DNA of 63,616 nucleotides from Paraspadella gotoi. Taxonomy: Eukaryota > Animalia > Chaetognatha. The notes under the pieces were generated by a model that ran no database searches, was not told the DNA's origin, and saw only the letters and a list, made by a program, of their open reading frames with translations. Positions 24,938 to 37,725 of the stretch are shown here, one piece after another (positions within the stretch are counted from its first letter, which is position 1; every line of letters begins with the position of its first letter). Where the stretch lies: contig CM119263.1 of the NCBI GenBank assembly GCA_051294375.1, positions 27,676,568-27,740,183 on the forward strand, written 5' to 3'. Both the position numbers and the translations under genes were made by a program.

Positions 24938-25579
24938 ATGTGCTCATCAATGGCATGGTAAAATTTCAAAAAAGCAATTTTTTTTTTTGCATTTGAATAG
25001 GACCTTCCTGTTAGTAGATATTTTTTAAGAAAAAAAGGGAAATGTTTTGAAAATTTTGGTTCATCTTACAAATATAGACTTTGGAGTATCAGTCTGAGCA
25101 ATCAGAATGTCAAAAACTTAAACAGCAAGGTAAGTTATAATCTTCCTTTTTTAGATTTAATGTTTAAAAATAAAAGATATTTCGTTAATTATTCGTCTCC
25201 GTTGTTGTCCTGGTTGTTTTCTCAGACTTGCCGCAACCAAGATCTTGGTGATTGCGTCAAAGCTTGCATGCAGCAAATGGGGACGTCTGCTCAAGCGGAC
25301 GACCGTCAAGCTACCGTCCTTTCCAAAAGTAACAAATATAAGTGGGTCAATCCGCCAATTATCGGCTCTCCACCTGCCATCATCTTTGGACGTCGGGCGG
25401 ACGAAACTAAGAAAAATGTGGGCGTGGCTGCAGTTGGCGCTCGAAATGACGACGAGTTTACGACCTGCATTATCGATTGCGCTGCGGGAAAACTAGTAAA
25501 TAAAAAAAAAATATTACCGATGTCTGAATTAAACTTGGCAGTTTCTATTTATTTGTTAGCATTACTATTAATAGTATAA
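24938..25579 (+). CDS. Candidate secreted peptide/neuropeptide precursor (predicted exons 24938-24957, 25001-25009, 25078-25129, 25226-25579)
   Basis: GT-AG phases join into MCSSMAWTFLLWSISLS (signal-like)...TCRNQDLGDCVKAC...K-WVNPPIIGSPPAIIF-GRR...CIIDC. The main exon is GC-richer than its flanks. The 5' exons and the 3' end are uncertain. Confidence 0.5.
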
Positions 25580-26134
25580 AATAAAATAAAAAAATCCTTA
25601 ATTTCGAAAAAGCAATATTCAGCGGGAATAGTAAACCGCTTAACATTAGATTTATCTCATAAAATAGTTAAATGCTCGAAACTTTTCCGCGAAAATTGCC
25701 GAGAGGAAAAGGTAAAGTTAAGGTGGAAAAAATGGTAAGGGAAAGGAAAGAAAAACAGTTAAGAACAGATTAGGAAAGCGGTGGAAATAAATCCGGTTTG
25801 TTTACCTCTTTGGCAAAGCGACGTGATTTTCCGAATTTATCTTCATCATCTTCACTCTTTTGACTCCCGAGAGTGTCGCTCAAAAAACGTTGGGAAGAAG
25901 TTGAGAAGGAAGGGAGACGGAAAAATCAAGCAAGTGTGGACGCAACGTAAGTAATAAGGATTTATTATTCAACAAGGTTATAAACAATAACAATACAAAG
26001 GCTCAGATGCTATGTCACGGTCAACTACGGAGAGAAAGAGAGTGATGGAAAGTGAGGGAGAAAGAGAGATAGCAAAACTAAGGCCACGTTTAAGGTTGCG
26101 TGTCGTCTTCCACACAAGCATGTATATTTTGGAT

Positions 26135-26769
26135 AACTGTCTGTCTGTCTGTCTGTCGGTCGGTCCGTCCGTCAGTCTGTTCCCCCTTAGCTTTGAACGC
26201 CAATTACTACTCATGAGTGAATGGGGTGATTGACTTGAAATTTTGTATGTGGGGAGGAAAGTATGTGATTTACCTGGATATCAAGTTTCGATGAAATCGT
26301 CCGAATTGAAATGGGATTAAATGAAAAAAAACTTGTTTAAAACATTGATTCTGCTCTTTTATATTAAATATAAATGCAAGCTGCATTAATTATTAAAATA
26401 ATTAATCAATTAATTGTTCAATTAATTAATTTATTTATTAATCAGTCTATTATTTAATCAATCCATCAATTAATTTATTAACTAAATAATCAATCAATCC
26501 ATCAATCAATCAATTTATCAACTAATTAATCAATAAATTAATCAATCAATCAATCAGTCAATCAATCAATCAATCAATCGGTGTTAATTTCGTCGTCGTC
26601 GCCATCATTGTCATCTTTGCTTTTGTCGTGGTCAGTGACAAAAATACCTAAAAACAGACATATTTGGAAAAAGTAATTAATTAATTAATTTATTATTTAA
26701 ATAATAATTAAAAGATTAATTACCGGTAATTATCGTGGGCAGATCCGGCAATGCTTCTTCAACTTGTTT
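26135..26769 (+). mobile_element. HINE-like element, family 1 (diverged)
   Basis: GTCT tract, core, ATCA array and 3' gggcagatccggcaatg...aacttgttt. Confidence 0.55.
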
Positions 26770-26821
26770 TATAGTGTATTTAAGCATATTTTTTGAATTG
26801 TTTATCCGTGACAATAACTAT

Positions 26822-29098
26822 TTAAGCATGCATTAAAATGATCAGTGCAGGTAAAATTAGAAATACGAAACAAGACAAATTTGCAAAATCTGTGACATTT
26901 TGATCGAGCCATCCTTTAAAATTATACACTTTATCAGTGATAAAATTATAATATCTATCTTGATACTCATAGCAATGTCCTATGTAATTATTAGCCAAAG
27001 TTGAACAGCACTTGCCGAGCAGATCCAAAACGTCAAACAACTTAATTATTTCAACGCCGACGTCTGTCGACTTTTCCCACTTCAGATCCATTTTTAAAAG
27101 TTTCATTTTTCGTCCGTATGAGTTTAAAAAAATGTAAATACCAGAATAAAAAAGTGATGTTATCAAAATCCAAATTATCTTATTAAAAAAATGATTTACT
27201 TTCATCGTAAACAATGAATTAAAAAAAGGGAAAAATAATAGACAAAATACAAAGAAAAAGTTTTCGCATAATAAATGGTAAAAGTAAAATCGCCTAATGA
27301 CTTGATGTTCAGAATAAGGACCGACCTTGCCTTGATATGAGCCATTCAAAAAGCAAGCATTGAAAAACTCCCACTCCTTTTGAGTGCTAAAAAATTGTTT
27401 AGCTAAAAATAAAATTAATGGCATCGCAGTTGAAAAAACTGTGCACACCACAAAGTGTGTCCGGGCAACATATTTTTTTTTCACTACAATTTTTTTTACT
27501 GACACTAAAATCATAAATGAGAGACTCAGTGGAAAAAAATACGTAGGCAATAAGGACATTTCCCTTTCGATTATATCATTCAACCTTTCTTGTTCAACTT
27601 TTTTATCATGTTCAATTTTTACATGCATGTTAATCAAAAATACCAAAAATAAAACGGATTCTAAGGCCAAAATATTTTTTAAAATATATTTTTTGAGCGT
27701 GAGAACTATTATATTATCGATTAAACAAAACATCATTTCCAAAGACAGTAATAAAAAAACTAGTTTGTATCGTAGAAAGACTAATACGCTATTTCCAAGT
27801 AATACAGGTAAGACATTAGAATTAAACATATTGGGTAAAGATGTCGATGGATATAAAGACAAATAGTGTTTTTCTACAGCGTTTTCAAATTTCCCAACAT
27901 TAATGAAAATGGATAAACGAGTTTCTATTCTTTTTGTTCCTAAATCATAAAATTTCACCAATAACATTATCACTTTGCGAAATTTAGTGTTTCCAGAAGC
28001 AAAAAGCCATTTCATTGAAGAAAACGCAAAAAGCTGAGTCAATTGATGGCGGCTTTGGTAGTTCAGTCCAAGGGAAACAACAAAAAAATTGTATAAAATG
28101 ACGATCAATCTCGAGAATGAATCGTCTCCTATTATTAAAACCTTTGGGTCATCAAAAAAATAATAATTCTGCTTGAGTGACTTGAAGAAATAAGCGAGTT
28201 CTGACACGGTGAAAATGCGCATAATTAAAAAAGGGGGAAAAATGAGAAAAAGAAGAGAGTATTGTACCGCGTGGGAATAAATGACGAAGAGTCCTAAGCC
28301 AAGTCCAATCGAGCCTTGAATGCTTCCCAAAATAATGCAAACGTTTTTTAGTGGTCCATTTTTATTCAAAACCAACATTTGAGCCGTGCGAGATTGGACT
28401 ATGATATTAACTAAAGAAGTTGATGACATGGCCACCGATAGAATAATGCTAGTATCTCTGATTTTCCAGCTACAACCAAATCTATTGACATAACCCCAAA
28501 TCCTTTCGCACGAACAATTCAATTCAGATTTATTAAGAGTATTAATTTTTGAGTCATACAAAAGTACTTCTCCATGGATGGGTTTATAGAAAATTTTCAT
28601 TGCTTCTTTCACCGAATCAGCATTGGGTAAACATATTTCACTCTTAAGACTTATTGTCTTATAAAACTGCGATGCTGTCTGAAGAAGAATTTGTAGGTAC
28701 GACTCTAAGAAAGCTTGCAACAGATTTAAATTAAAAAGATGATTTTCTTTAAATTTCGAAATAAGTTGGTTGTCAAAGTCGTTGCCCAAAAAAGCGTCAA
28801 GAGAGAAAGGAATGATAGCCAAACCCAAAAGATGAAAAAATATAGTAAAACACTTTTGCCAAGATGTCGTCCATATTTTGGCAAAATGGATTTTGTGTTT
28901 ATCGACGATCATTAGACCGTAAACTGATGAAACTAGACAATGAAGCAGAAAAATTGCCAGAAAGGAAAAGCCGAAAAGGGTAACGTTGGGATCATCTGTT
29001 AAAAGATGATCCATGATTGACTTTAAATCTGTCGCCAAGTCCGCAACAGAGAGAACAATCGCTGCTATGAGTTTCAAAGGATTTACAGTTACCTCCAT
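26822..29098 (-). CDS. XK-related (Xkr scramblase-like) multipass membrane protein, intronless, 758 aa
   Basis: N-terminal 'SVADLATDL' and 'LNLLQAFLESYLQILLQ' match the XK-family motifs (DxxTD; LEAFLESAPQLxLQ). Many further hydrophobic segments follow. Confidence 0.7.
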   Translation of the reverse strand: MEVTVNPLKLIAAIVLSVADLATDLKSIMDHLLTDDPNVTLFGFSFLAIFLLHCLVSSVYGLMIVDKHKIHFAKIWTTSWQKCFTIFFHLLGLAIIPFSLDAFLGNDFDNQLISKFKENHLFNLNLLQAFLESYLQILLQTASQFYKTISLKSEICLPNADSVKEAMKIFYKPIHGEVLLYDSKINTLNKSELNCSCERIWGYVNRFGCSWKIRDTSIILSVAMSSTSLVNIIVQSRTAQMLVLNKNGPLKNVCIILGSIQGSIGLGLGLFVIYSHAVQYSLLFLIFPPFLIMRIFTVSELAYFFKSLKQNYYFFDDPKVLIIGDDSFSRLIVILYNFFVVSLGLNYQSRHQLTQLFAFSSMKWLFASGNTKFRKVIMLLVKFYDLGTKRIETRLSIFINVGKFENAVEKHYLSLYPSTSLPNMFNSNVLPVLLGNSVLVFLRYKLVFLLLSLEMMFCLIDNIIVLTLKKYILKNILALESVLFLVFLINMHVKIEHDKKVEQERLNDIIEREMSLLPTYFFPLSLSFMILVSVKKIVVKKKYVARTHFVVCTVFSTAMPLILFLAKQFFSTQKEWEFFNACFLNGSYQGKVGPYSEHQVIRRFYFYHLLCENFFFVFCLLFFPFFNSLFTMKVNHFFNKIIWILITSLFYSGIYIFLNSYGRKMKLLKMDLKWEKSTDVGVEIIKLFDVLDLLGKCCSTLANNYIGHCYEYQDRYYNFITDKVYNFKGWLDQNVTDFANLSCFVFLILPALIILMHA

Positions 29099-30169
29099 CT
29101 TGTTATAATTTTCTCTGAAATGAAAGTGTCATCACTGTCGATTAATTAAATACAAAAGTATTTTTAAGATAGAACACAAAAATTTAAAAATCTTTCAAAC
29201 CGCTCCAAAAAAAAAAAGAGAAAAAAAAAGGCACTTTTTCTGGAAGCAAGAGATTGCAAACTAAATAGGGATAATGATGACAGAAGGAAGGAAATGTCAA
29301 GGAATTTCCGCTCAACATTCTCTCGACCGATAACTATTAAGGCGGACCATAATTGATCACTATTTATCATTAGAAGTTCTGTAATATAAATTCATTTGGC
29401 CATGATATTCTTAATCGATATTTACTATCACTATTTTAACTAGCGAAGCACAGTATAACATTGAAGCATTTAAATATTTATCAATGCATAGGCAAGGAAA
29501 ATATTTGTTTTGAAATATTTATTTTAAGATGCTCTAACGTTATTTATATTACAGAACTCTGTTGACGCTGTTGACATTCTTTGAAAATGGAACTAGGACG
29601 AAAGTCGCGAAATGTAATAGTTCATATATGGAGGGGAAGAGGAGGATGAGGATCGAGTATAGAATAAGGAAGGATTTTATGTTACCACGGGAGAAATGTA
29701 ATGTAATGTAATGTATACAAAACGCTGAAACAGCAAAGAAGCAAAAAGTGATGAAAAATCAAAACCAAAATAATCGCCAGGCCAAAAGACAACAACGAGA
29801 CAGAGATAAGTATTTAGTTAAAGCTTCTTCGTCTCTTCTTTTTTTCTTTCGCTTTTTTCTGTATCTTTTTTCTCTTTTTACTTCATTGCCTCTTTTTCTC
29901 CCTTCGCTTTTTCTCCATATTATTTTCAAATTTTAAACTTTTCAGTAATCATTATGTTCAAACTCCACTCTTCTATGACAGGTTTGCAACATTTTTATTT
30001 TTTTATATTATTTCGCCGCTCCTTTTTCGAGTTTCTTAAACACGTTCACTCTTTTTCTTTATCTTTCTTTTTTCCTTTTAAATGTTTTTTTTTCATTCTG
30101 TATTAACCCTTATCTCTCACTTCCTCATCCTTCTTTGTCTTTTTTTCCTTAATAACTTCCTCATACCTC

Positions 30170-30264
<95 letters not shown>

Positions 30265-31565
30265 CTCTTTTCCACTCTTTCTCCTTCTCCTCTTCGACAT
30301 CAAGTTTTAAGTCTCTCGACCGAACTCAGTTTTTGCCCTTTCCAGTTCCGATACGCCCGAGCGAGCCCCGCGCGGAGGGCGAGGGAAAGTAGCGTGGGGG
30401 GCGAGTGGAAGGGCGAGGGAAAGAAGGGCGGGGGACGAGTGGAAGGGAGAGGGAAAAGAGTGCGTGCCTAGCGGGTTAAGGGGTTAAGGAAGTGGGGGGT
30501 AGAAGGGAGAAAAATGAAGATGAAAAAGTTTTAAAAAAAGGAAAAGAAGAGAAAAAAAACGAAAAAGAAAGGAGAAGAAAAGAAATAAGAAAGGTGAAGG
30601 AAAAAAATGAATAAAAAAAATTGTAATCAAGTAAAAATAAATGGTTGGGAGGATACAGATGAAAATAGATAGGTATAGGGTGTATACTATACTGTAGATG
30701 AAATGTAGCGAGAAATGTACTTATGAATGTTGTCGTAAATTGCAGTTTGTGCTAAGTTGTGCTTATGAAGCTAAATGGGCTGAAGACCACAATTCGTATC
30801 TTCTGTGCCCCCTCAGCAGCAGTGGAACTAGTCCTGGGTTTTGAACCAGGCTTGAGGGTTTTCCACAACCGCAAGACGGTTTCCGGCCGTTCTAACGTAT
30901 CCTGCAGGTATGTACTTAATGTTCATGATCTGATGGTATTACGCAATGAGCCACCGGGTTATATGTGGAATGTATTTATGTACTTATGTACTTATGCAAT
31001 GCTCGACTACAAAGTCATCGTAGGGGAAGGTTAGATAGCACGAGAAATAGGAAGAGGTTACCATGTATGACAACGAGGTGGGAAAGAAAATGTAAGGGAA
31101 AAGATGGCAGTTGCCGAACTGTTGTAACTTATTACGAAGCTCCGTAAGTTATAAAATTAAGGACGAACCAACTCCGACGTACGAACACATGACGGACACA
31201 TGACGGACACATGACGAGAGAGAGTTAAACAGTCTGGTTGGTTTTTGGAAAGTTTGAGATTCGACCGAAAAGTCAAGACGTTGGACGTCGGGAGATTTAT
31301 GGAGAAGATACGTGGAGGGGGGGAAGGAAGAGGAGGGGGGAAGAGGAGCGAGGGAGGAAGAGAGAGAGGGAAGAAGAAGGGGGAGAGGAAGGAGATGAGG
31401 AGGGAAAAAGAATAAAAGAAGATTTAAAAAAAAAGAATATAAAAAAATTAAAGTCAAGTCGAAAACCTTTGAGAAAAAAAGAAAATTGACTTTTGACTTT
31501 TTCCATTTTGACTCAAAAAGAAATTTCGGATGATGATGACGATGACCTACGAAGACGAAGAGGAA

Positions 31566-31600
<35 letters not shown>

Positions 31601-33784
31601 ACAAGACGAATGAGGATGAGAAATAACGAAAATGATACAGAATGCTTAATTACATAATGCGATTGACGACAACGACGACGACGATAGCGACGACGTCGTC
31701 ATCGATGAAATGAGGACGGGAGAGTAGATTATCGAAATACGACGACGACGACGATGAAGACGACGATGAAGACGACGACGAGACAACAATGAAAAGAATT
31801 TATTGACTTTAATATCTGAAAGATCACGGGTCGATGATCTCTTTGTAAATTCGCTGATCCCTTTTGTGTCGCGAAAGGACGAATCGACTTTCTTTCTCTC
31901 CGTCGGAGACCAAAGTTGATCGATGAAGAAGAAGAAGAAGACGACGACGACGACGACGACGACGACAGTGACGACCACTTAAGACGATGACGAAGAAATT
32001 TGTAACCGGAATATATTTTAGTTATGAAACAATTCGTATAAACTGACAAGGAAACCAGCATCCTTTGGTAAGGCCGTCCAAACGACCTTCTCTCTCGCCA
32101 TTTTCGATAAACTTTTCCTTACCTCATTTCCTTACCTCATTTCCTTACCTCATTCCCATACCTCATTTCCTTACCTCATTTCCTTACCTCATTTCCTTAC
32201 CTCATTTCTCGAGGTGGAAAATTTCATTCATCACTCCGAAGTCAACTTTTCTCTCTCTCGTTTTTCTTTTGTCTTTTCAAGTTTCCATTTACTTATAAGT
32301 TAAATATTTTTAATCTTTCCTCCTTTAAATTAAATCTTTTTAACAGTTCTGTTTCATTTTTTGTAATAGTTTTTTATGTATTTATTGGTTTTTTTACGTA
32401 TTTTTATTTATGTATATATGTATTTATATTTATTCATTTTTTAATTATTTTAACTTATTTATTACTAAAATAGAAAAAAAACTGTTTGTAGAAATGATTT
32501 TTAAATAACATTCATTTTGCCTCTCAATCAGAGTTGATGATTGTCCTATTTTGGTTACTAAAAATTCCCCCATAGCAACGCGTCATGCTGCTCTGCTTCT
32601 ACTTACTTAGAAACAACTATCTTAATGGTTATAAGAAATAATTAGCTATAAAAATTGGTCCTAGTGCACAAAGATTGATGCTATAGCATATCAATCCTAG
32701 TCCCTGATTAGTTAATTTTAAATTTGATAGTTACCTCTAGTTTTTGATTGGTTCACTACTAATATAAAAAGGGACATTTTTTGTAGTATTCTTGGGCGTT
32801 CCAAGGACCATAAGAGGTAAAAACACTGTTTGATTATTTTGTAACTTTTATTTAAATAAAGTAATAATTTTCTATTTCTTTTAGCTTTAAGCTGACCATT
32901 TGCTACCAAAGTTTTTATATTCAACTGCCTCACTGTAAATAAAGGTACTCAAATAAAAAGATGTCTTCTTAATCCAAGGTCTTGATTATTTAATCTATGA
33001 AATTTCAAGGAATGCTCTAACTAACCCAAACACTGTTTGTAAGTGACTAAGTGTTGCAGCTTTCCCTCCCAACATTTGACATTTCTTCCCTTTCTCTCAA
33101 AGCGATGGTCATTTGTCCCGCTAATAGCGAATGTCGATCATCGTCCGCCAGGAGTCCAGAACTCGATTGTCAAATCATCGGACAAAAGACAAACGACAAA
33201 GGCTGCTGGCGGAGTGGGCTGAGTAAAGACAGAGAGAGAGAGAGAGAGATTAAATAAAAGAGAGAATAAGAGAGAGAGAGAATAACTAAAAAAAACAACT
33301 TTTCAGAAACGTGGCAGAATCAAACTTTACGATTGTTTACGCATTATAAAGTGCGACCGAGCGGGAAAGAAAATGTAAAGAGGCTAATAAAGGGAACGTT
33401 TAAAAAGTAAAAAAAACGAAAGAACAAAACTTGATAAACAAAAGTGGCAACGAGGAGAGAAAAAAAAACTGGAGAGATTAAGACTCGAAGGGCAGAACAA
33501 AGAGGAAGGAGTGTGTTGGAAAAAGTATGGAAGGTATGGTCCATACTATGGGATGAAGAGACATGTGGCATGGTTAGCTGCGAAACGAAGAAGCAGGAAA
33601 AGAGACCTATGAAGAGATAGGAAAAAATGGCGGATAGCAAAGAAAATAAAAAAAGGAGTTCTAAAATAGACGAATATGAGGAATACATTATCACGTGAAC
33701 ATAGCATGTAAAAACTTATGATTGAGTCGGCTTAAAATGGTCAATGAGATGGAATGACATAGAGTCATGGACTCTTCCTTGGTA

Positions 33785-33938
33785 ATGAGAGAGAGGGAGA
33801 GGGAGAGAGAGAGTGGGAGGGAGAGAGAGAGAGAGAGATAAGAAGTCTCTGCCACTTCTTTGGGAGAGAGAGAAAGAAGAGAGAGGAGGAGGATAAGAGA
33901 AAGAGGAGTAAGAAGTCTCTCACTCTGCCACTTCTTCG

Positions 33939-33984
<46 letters not shown>

Positions 33985-34014
33985 GAAGAGTCTTCTCACT
34001 CTGCCACTTCTGTT

Positions 34015-34053
<39 letters not shown>

Positions 34054-34147
34054 GAAGTCTCTCACCTGGCCACTTCTTCGAGAAGAGAGAGAGAGAGAGG
34101 AGAGAGAGATAAGAAGTCTCTCCCTCTGCCTCTTCTCATGAGAGAGA

Positions 34148-34179
<32 letters not shown>

Positions 34180-34206
34180 TAAGAAGTCTCTCCCTCTGCC
34201 TCTTCT
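33785..34206. repeat. Composite minisatellite: (GA)n + gataagaagtctct..ctgccacttct, about 6 units
   Basis: Seen directly. Confidence 0.85.
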
Positions 34207-34283
34207 CCGGTCGTGCGCGACGAGGCGTATCCTTGGTCTCAATGAACGAGTGAACGCCCGAATTCCGCCCGAATTGGAAAACA

Positions 34284-34297
34284 GTTGCCATGGTAAC
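34284..34297. promoter_or_regulatory. RFX X-box motif
   Basis: GTTGCCATGGTAAC in a CpG-rich island, followed about 80 nt later by gtgagt/gtaagt donors. Confidence 0.55.
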
Positions 34298-35849
34298 TAA
34301 CGACTTTTGACGAAAGCGGCGACCGCTGGGATCTTCGACGCTTTAGAGGACGTTGCCGCTGAGTACCGGTGCCGGTGAGTTTGGGTAAGTTTTTCGCGCT
34401 TAAAATTTTTAATGATTTTGCGCACGGTTAAAGTCGCTTGATTTTATTATTCTTTTATAAAATCTGTTTAATAATTCAGAAATAAAAAGAAGCGAAAGAA
34501 CTACCAACAACAACAACGACGACAAGGAAAACAACGACAATGGACAAAAGATGCTCTTCCCTTCCGCTCATCCAAAACGAGAACGAGCTTCTTTGCTTTT
34601 TCAGGCAAAGGGTTAACAACGGACCTTAGCCCCTTTTTCGTCTGGAGATTTACTCACCCCACCTCCATCACTCCGCAACCTGACCCACTTACCAAACCTC
34701 ACCCTTTCAACCATCCAATCCTTGACCCCGTTGTGCAATCGAGATCCCCCCTCCATCCACTTCCCCCTTCGCTGATCTACAGTTATTCCATTTGTCTCCT
34801 TTTCTCGTCTTTTCTTTTTCCACTTTCCAAACCCGTTCTCCCTTCCTCGTGCGTTTAGCTCTTCTTTCCCCTTCATTTCCTTTGTAATCCCTTTCCAATT
34901 TCCTACCCTTTCCTACCTTCTTTCTTTCCCATTTTTTCTCTTCCTCAATTCTTTCCTTCCATATCCCCTACTCAAATTTTAACTTCCCTCATTAATCCTT
35001 ATCTTCTTTTCTCTTTATTTCCTCCCTCTACTTTTTCTTACTTCCTTCTTTAAGTTATACTTTTATCTTTATAGTTTTCTCCTCGCTTCTTTCCTTAATC
35101 TTTCCCCTATCACTTTTCCTTTTTAGTTTTCCCCCATCCTTTTAGTCCTTACCCTCCTCTTGCCCTATTTCACCCCCACCTTCTCTCTCCCACCCCCCTC
35201 CCCCTATTATTCCGGTCCGGTCCGCGAATTCGCCATTTCTCGGAAATCTTTGGCTCCGATAAAAAAAGGCTGTTTCCGGCGATCGTCCATTGTTGCCGTT
35301 GGGGTCGTCGTCGTCGTCGTCGTCGACGTCGTTGGATGAAAAAATATCTCTTGTTATTGTTTCGCATGAAATTGTTCGAGGAGACCTTCTGGCTTGCTGC
35401 TTGTATTAGTTGCCTCTCACATTTGTTTTTATTCTTCCCGATCTTGTATAAAGGTTGTTTTTGTTTTGCGTTAAAAAGTTATATACTTACATAAATACAT
35501 ATACCTCGAATAACCCGACATAGATATAGTGGCATATCGCCGCTATCGGTAAAACTACAAGCAAATCCGATGTCACATCATATTCTTTAAAACTTCCGCG
35601 AGTTTTACGGCAACAACGTCGTCACCTGCGTCGGCACTTACGTCGGCACCTGCGTCGGCCATGGCCTCTGCACCGGCAACCAAATTCCAACGACGATGAG
35701 AATGACGACGGGATCGAGGAAATGGATGTGACGGGATGTGGAAGGGAACGGGGAAAGGAAGGGGCGAGAGAAAGACTCTTGGAATATGGAGAGAAATTGA
35801 GACTGGATTGGATTCGGCGAACGACAAAGACTCAAATCTGTAGGGAGAA

Positions 35850-35890
<41 letters not shown>

Positions 35891-36189
35891 GCAGACCAAT
35901 TATGTCGAAGAATGAAAGATTGGAAACGAGGGAAAGCTCAAAATACATGCTGCCGGGAATACAAACTAGTTGGTGACATAAGTTAACATGATTTTTACAT
36001 TTTTGAAAGTTACAAGATTACTTTTTTTACAATATTTTATAAACCCTTCATGGATTTCGGATTTTTACTCCATAAAATACTCTCATACGATGCGTGAGAG
36101 TACTCGGGCATACCTAAAAGTTTGTTTGATTTAATCAATAATTAATTGAACTTGTTTTCACATTAGTACATACAGTAGTGTCTCTTTGA

Positions 36190-36410
36190 AAAAAGAAAGT
36201 AGCGTCATAATGAGAAAACAAAGTAGCGTTTCGGTCGGAAAACCAAGTAGTCTTATTGAGAAAACCAAATAACTTTTTTATCGGAAAACAAATTAGCGTC
36301 TTATTGATAAAACAAAGTAGCGTCTTATTGATAAAACAAAGTAGCGTCTTATTGATAAAACAAAGTAGCGTCTTATTGATAAAACAAAGTAGCGTCTTAA
36401 TGAGAAAAAA
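36190..36410. repeat. 24-bp minisatellite (aaacaaagtagcgtcttattgata)
   Basis: Near-perfect central units. Confidence 0.9.
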
Positions 36411-36809
36411 AAGCTACGCATTGTCTGTTTGTTTTGCTCTTCTTCCCAGGAATTCCGTTTTTCCCTGCGGGAATTCTGGACCGAGGGTTCAGGTCACGCG
36501 GAGAGTCTCGATAAAACGGGATAAATAGGGTAAAAAGGAAGCGGGTTGGGGTAAATTTGGATCAGGGTAGGGCAAGTGGGGATCGGGTTGGGGTAAAGAA
36601 GCTTCTGTTTGGGTAAAATTAAATGAGTAAAATGCATTGCTGCTCTCCAATCCTGAAGAAAGATATGCTGAAGTTGTAAAAGCGTGACCTCTACCACAGT
36701 CACATAAGATATCATCAACGAAAAGGACCAATCACAACAAAAGGCCGACCAAGTCCGTCGATTGGTCTATTCCGATGATGATATGATGACCTCAACTCCC
36801 ACAGTTTTT

Positions 36810-37725
36810 CAGTTTCGTCCATCCCGTGTCGACCTACCAAGTTTTGGCTATCAAATCATGTTCCTTGACGACTATCCGGTTTTAGCCAATCCATCCATCC
36901 TGCTACATCCATTCCATATGATTCTTTTTCAGCTTTTTTCATCCGAGAATGCTCCTTCCCACCTTTGGTCATTCTTGCTTTAGCCATCAATCATGCTTTT
37001 GGCCGACTTTGCCCATCCAATCACGGTTCTTCCATGCTTCAACCATCTATGCTTCTTTGGCCATCCCATGAAGTTCCCTCATGGCGTCGATCGTTCCGTC
37101 ATGATCCTTCCCATCTTTGGCCATCCCGTCATGATCCTTCCCAGCTTTGGCCATCACATCATGATCCTTTCCAGCTTTGGCCATCACATCATGCTCCTTC
37201 CCAGATTTTAGCCTTCCCGGCTTAACCATTCCCGGCTTTAGCAATCCCACCCTGCTCTTTCCTGGCTTGGACCATCCCAACATGCCTTCAAGGCTTTTGT
37301 TACCCCATCGTGCTCTTTCCTCGCTTTGTTCATCTACTCATACTCTTTCCAAGTTTTGGTCATCCAATTATGCTCCTTTTCATGTTCTCGCATCCGATCT
37401 TGATCCTCCATGCTTATTCCATGCTTATTACATGCTTTTTTTCCCCAAGCTTTTGGCATCCTACCATGAATCTAAGTTTTGATCATCCCAGCATGCTCAT
37501 TCCCAGGTTGGCCTTGCTACCATGCTCTGTCGCGACTTCAACCATCTGATCATTAATAATCCCAGCTTCAACCATCATCTTCCCAGGTTCAACCATCCCA
37601 TAATGCTTCTTCCCGGCTTCAACCATCCCACCATGCTCTTTCCCGGCTTCAACCATCCCATCATGCTCCTTCCTGGCTTTAACCATCCCATCATGCTCCT
37701 TCCCACCTTCAACCATCCCGTCATT
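36810..37725. repeat. 30-bp degenerate minisatellite (ccatcccatcatgctccttcccagcttcaa)
   Basis: About 30 units of variable divergence. Confidence 0.85.

Noticed and set aside
30740-30910. tRNA or tRNA-derived SINE (GGTTCAAAACCC B-box-like on the minus strand)
   Set aside because: No A-box or cloverleaf could be built.
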